Shown in pieces: positions 34,900-37,296 of a DNA stretch of 37,296 nucleotides. The stretch's first letter is position 1. Every line of letters begins with the position of its first letter. The DNA comes from a virus (lineage: Duplodnaviria; Caudoviricetes). The translations under genes were made by a program, and so were the position numbers. Under the pieces are notes generated by a model. The model saw only the letters and a list, made by a program, of their open reading frames with translations, ran no database searches and was not told the DNA's origin. Where the stretch lies: the IMG/VR virus record IMGVR_UViG_3300006029_000024, positions 1-37,296 of that record. One strand, 5' to 3'.

Positions 34900-35471
34900 G
34901 GTTGAAGGGTAATGCAGATGGCAGCGGTGCTGTCCAAGTAGGTGGCTCAGACGCCATTACGATCAGCACTGGACTTGTGGTAACCGGCTCAGCGGGTAAT
35001 TTGATGCTGCAATCGGGTACTGCGGTTGCGTCTACTTCAGGCACATCGATTGACTTTACTGGCATACCGTCGTGGGCTAAACGTGTCACTGTAATGTTTA
35101 GCGGTGTTAGTACATCCGGCACAAGCAATGTGCTTATCCAGCTAGGTGATTCTGGAGGCGTGAAAATTACAGGCTATATAGGATCATCTTCGAATATTAG
35201 TAGTGCAGTGTCGTCAGTAACTTCCACTGATGGTTTTATACTAAACGCATCAGCGGGGGCATCTTTGCGGTCGGGTATATTAACTATTAACTTGCTTAAC
35301 GGCGCAACATTTACTTATGCTGCTGCGGGTACTTTTGGGGAAGCAGCGGCAACAACTTACATTACCGGCGGTTACAAATCATTGCCAAATATTTTAGATC
35401 GCGTACGCATTACTACAGTCAGCGGTACAGTTACGTTTACCGCTGGCACGATCAACATTCTTTGGGAGTAA
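34890..35471 (+). CDS. Short tail-fibre-associated protein
   Basis: TSGTSIDFTGIPSWAKR.T..F.GVS, LDRVRITT, G.INI..E; RBS AGGAGG. Confidence 0.78.
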   Translation: MSIGLKGNADGSGAVQVGGSDAITISTGLVVTGSAGNLMLQSGTAVASTSGTSIDFTGIPSWAKRVTVMFSGVSTSGTSNVLIQLGDSGGVKITGYIGSSSNISSAVSSVTSTDGFILNASAGASLRSGILTINLLNGATFTYAAAGTFGEAAATTYITGGYKSLPNILDRVRITTVSGTVTFTAGTINILWE

Positions 35472-35474
35472 ATT

Positions 35475-35573
35475 ATGCACAGAATCGTAGTGGACTGCCA
35501 GACAGGCGAAGTAATCAAATACACACCTGAAGAACAAGCAGCGTATGATGCTGCGTTGGAGCAAGCAGAATGA
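35475..35573 (+). CDS. 32-aa chaperone-like peptide (not in ORF track)
   Basis: MHRIVVDCQTGEVIKYTPEEQAAYDAALEQAE*; [12 protein letters not shown] overlap. Confidence 0.55.
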   Translation: MHRIVVDCQTGEVIKYTPEEQAAYDAALEQAE

Positions 35574-35968
35574 GCATAATTCTAGATGGCACTAATGGTA
35601 TTACTACGCCGGATATGGAAGTTAATTCGGCTACATCAATGGGCTATGCGACTGGCGCAGGCGGTACTGTCACGCAGCTAACATCGAAGGCAACTGCGGT
35701 GACGCTAAATAAGCCTACTGGTCAGATTACTATGAATAACGCTGCATTGGCTGCGGGTGCAAGTGTTGTTTTTCAATGCGCTAACACACTTGCATCAGAT
35801 GTTGACATACCTGTTGTTTCGCTAGGAACCTCGCTTTTGCCAAGCTATACCATTCGTGCTAAGTGCAGCACGGGGTCAATTTCATTTCTGCTGAAAAACG
35901 AAACTGCGGGTTCTTTATCTGATGCACTAATAATTAACTTCGCCATCATTAAAGGAGCAACGTCATGA
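35570..35968 (+). CDS. Short tail-fibre-associated protein
   Basis: MSIILDGTNGITTP, GY.TGAGGTVTQ.TSK.T.VTLNK..GQITM, INFA.IKG. Confidence 0.75.
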   Translation: MSIILDGTNGITTPDMEVNSATSMGYATGAGGTVTQLTSKATAVTLNKPTGQITMNNAALAAGASVVFQCANTLASDVDIPVVSLGTSLLPSYTIRAKCSTGSISFLLKNETAGSLSDALIINFAIIKGATS

Positions 35969-36135
35969 GTTTTATCGCACGTTTTAAAGAGCCATCGTCG
36001 TGGGCCGGCATTGCCGTTTTGTTTAATGTCTTTGGCCCTGTTATTGGTCTGCCACCAGGTGGTGCTGACGTTATCGTTCAAGCTGGCGCAGGCGTTGCTG
36101 CTGCGGTAGCATTTTTTATGGCTGAGAAAAAGTGA
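35965..36135 (+). CDS. Putative holin, 56 aa with two TM segments (not in ORF track)
   Basis: MSFIARFKEPSSWAGIAVLF...AGVAAAVAFFMAEKK*; RBS AAAGGAG; stop overlaps the endolysin GTG. Confidence 0.7.
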   Translation: MSFIARFKEPSSWAGIAVLFNVFGPVIGLPPGGADVIVQAGAGVAAAVAFFMAEKK

Positions 36136-36539
36136 CGCCTAACTTTACTTACGAAGAACTTACGCGCACCGATCATCGGGAACTGTTAAATGTTCCCGAT
36201 GCGGCGGCGCTTAAGAACTTGGATAAGTTAGCGTTGTTTTTAGAAGAAGTACGCGCATTGATTGGCCGGCCAATTATTATTAACAGCGCGTATCGTTCGC
36301 CCGAAGTAAATAAAAGCGTTGGTGGCGCGCCAACTAGTCAGCATGTCAAAGGTCAAGCCGCTGACTTCCGCGTGATCGGCATGACGCCAGACCAAGTGAC
36401 GCGGTTACTGCACAAATCTAAACTGCCATACGACCAGCTTATCCGCGAATTCGATAGCTGGACGCATATCAGTATCGCGGATAAGCCTCGTAAGATGGCG
36501 TTAATCATCGACCGGAAGGGTGTTCGACAATTCGTGTAA
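36132..36539 (+). CDS. Endolysin, peptidase M15A family
   Basis: INSAYRS..VN..VGG...SQH..GQAADF, DQLI.EF..WTHIS zinc peptidase motifs. Confidence 0.88.
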   Translation: MTPNFTYEELTRTDHRELLNVPDAAALKNLDKLALFLEEVRALIGRPIIINSAYRSPEVNKSVGGAPTSQHVKGQAADFRVIGMTPDQVTRLLHKSKLPYDQLIREFDSWTHISIADKPRKMALIIDRKGVRQFV

Positions 36540-36707
36540 CGCACGCTGGATGTACACCGTTGCATCCATTAGTTCTTCCTGTAGATGCGTCAGCCATCCA
36601 ACCAGATCAATATCAGTACGTTCAGTTGTTACGCCGTACTTTGTTAGCCCAACGTCAGCGCGCTGCGTCAGCTTTTCAATCACTGCGGTTACGTTTTTAT
36701 CTTGCAC
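36501..36707 (-). CDS. All-alpha NTP pyrophosphatase-like small protein
   Basis: R..VG..KYG.T..R.D....WL.HLQEELMDA.VY (EExxD); RBS TAAAGGA. Confidence 0.6.
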   Translation of the reverse strand: MQDKNVTAVIEKLTQRADVGLTKYGVTTERTDIDLVGWLTHLQEELMDATVYIQRALHELSNTLPVDD

Positions 36708-36886
36708 ATCTTATCCTTTATCGAGCGCGGTATGCGCGGTTTTGGACACCAGCCTAAACAGTCGTCTGTCCACGGGCCAACGACTAATACGCCGCCTGGG
36801 TTAAGCAACAACAGACTTGTTGCTCTAGGCGCCGGTTCGTCATCCGGATCACGAAAATACAGTTGGTCAGTTGTTATCTGTAGCAT
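36689..36886 (-). CDS. Hypothetical protein
   Basis: P....LLLLNPGGVL..G.W......W.P.P; RBS AAGGGG. Confidence 0.7.
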   Translation of the reverse strand: MLQITTDQLYFRDPDDEPAPRATSLLLLNPGGVLVVGPWTDDCLGWCPKPRIPRSIKDKMCKIKT

Positions 36887-36888
36887 TG

Positions 36889-37053
36889 TTAACCCCTTGC
36901 GCGAATCTTTTGTTTTAGTGTTTGTCTTGGTTCTTGCTCTAATTTTTTAATGTGTTCTTGGAGTTCAAGTATTTCTTTGTCGTGGTCTTTTATTCTTTCA
37001 GCTATAACTTTTACAATATCTTCTATAACTTTAATTAGTTTGTATTCGTTCAT
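36889..37053 (-). CDS. Hypothetical coiled-coil protein, 54 aa (not in ORF track)
   Basis: Manual translation MNEYKLIKVIEDIVK...QKIRARG*; RBS AGAGGA. Confidence 0.65.
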   Translation of the reverse strand: MNEYKLIKVIEDIVKVIAERIKDHDKEILELQEHIKKLEQEPRQTLKQKIRARG

Positions 37054-37055
37054 AA

Positions 37056-37241
37056 TTATCCTCTTGCGCGTATGGCTGCGCTAAGGTAAAGAAATAGCCC
37101 CAACGTAGCTGCACCTTCGCTAATGTAAATTTCACCAATCTCATCAACAAGATCAGCACATTCCTCACGCTCATCTATTGCGCCTCGCTCATATGCTTTT
37201 TGCAGTTCTTCTTCAATAATAGATCGTAGTGTGTGGTTCAT
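37056..37241 (-). CDS. Hypothetical protein (EREECA...AIRARG type)
   Basis: RBS AAAGGAG, ATGA overlap. Confidence 0.75.
   Translation of the reverse strand: MNHTLRSIIEEELQKAYERGAIDEREECADLVDEIGEIYISEGAATLGLFLYLSAAIRARG
37214..37241. repeat. Terminal direct repeat, copy 2 (identical to 1-28)
   Basis: Exact 28-bp match, ending at the start codon of the 37056-37241 gene. Confidence 0.95.
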
Positions 37242-37296
37242 GTGTTCTTCTCCTTTAATTTTGCTTCTGCTCTACAAATAGCATCATGAAAGGATA
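37238..37296 (-). CDS. Truncated 3' end of another EAKLKEKNT-type gene
   Basis: Reads ...SFHDAICRAEAKLKEKNT*; 37238-37270 matches 1538-1570 at 32/33. Confidence 0.7.
   Translation of the reverse strand, partial: SFHDAICRAEAKLKEKNT

Larger units (their letters stand above)
1..37296. mobile_element. Near-complete tailed phage genome (P22-like head/ejection genes, APSE-like replication module); no lysogeny module seen
   Basis: Terminase, portal, scaffold, coat, ejection, tail, lysis, polymerase and primase-helicase genes all present; 28-bp identity between the ends; no host housekeeping genes. Confidence 0.95.

Noticed and set aside
27155-35968. Diversity-generating retroelement or invertible tail cassette
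   Set aside because: No reverse transcriptase, no adenine-variant TR/VR pair, and no invertase or inverted crossover sites seen
1-37296. Integrated prophage or lysogeny module
   Set aside because: No integrase, excisionase, CI-like repressor, att-flanking host genes or partition genes recognised

Overview
The window is an apparently near-complete (~37.2 kb) genome of a tailed dsDNA phage with P22-like (podovirus) morphogenesis genes and an APSE-like replication module. Bases 1-28 recur at 37214-37241, after which the two ends diverge. Layout: (i) a leftward accessory operon running through the contig junction (VRR-NUC, SNF2-type helicase, many small genes, MazG-like NTP pyrophosphatase, ThyX); (ii) a rightward replication operon (DUF2800-like exonuclease, SSB-like protein, family A DNA polymerase, primase-helicase); (iii) a short leftward early operon; (iv) a ~770-bp repeat-rich non-coding region (candidate origin and packaging/end region); (v) the late operon (TerS, TerL, portal, scaffold, coat, head completion, three ejection proteins, modular tail fibres, holin-like gene, M15 endolysin). 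I see no integrase, CI-like repressor, tRNA or CRISPR array. Most notable: a small-gene array built from four recurring DNA blocks that looks like a homology-driven gene/domain shuffling system, with a branch point at the contig end; two candidate nucleotide-signal sponge (anti-defence) genes, one flanked by a 19-bp direct repeat; an AT-rich gene between terS and terL with colicin-M-like motifs; an E-loop RNA hairpin ahead of the polymerase; and a 6x20-bp palindromic array upstream of terS. All family assignments come from motif recognition by eye, not database searches.
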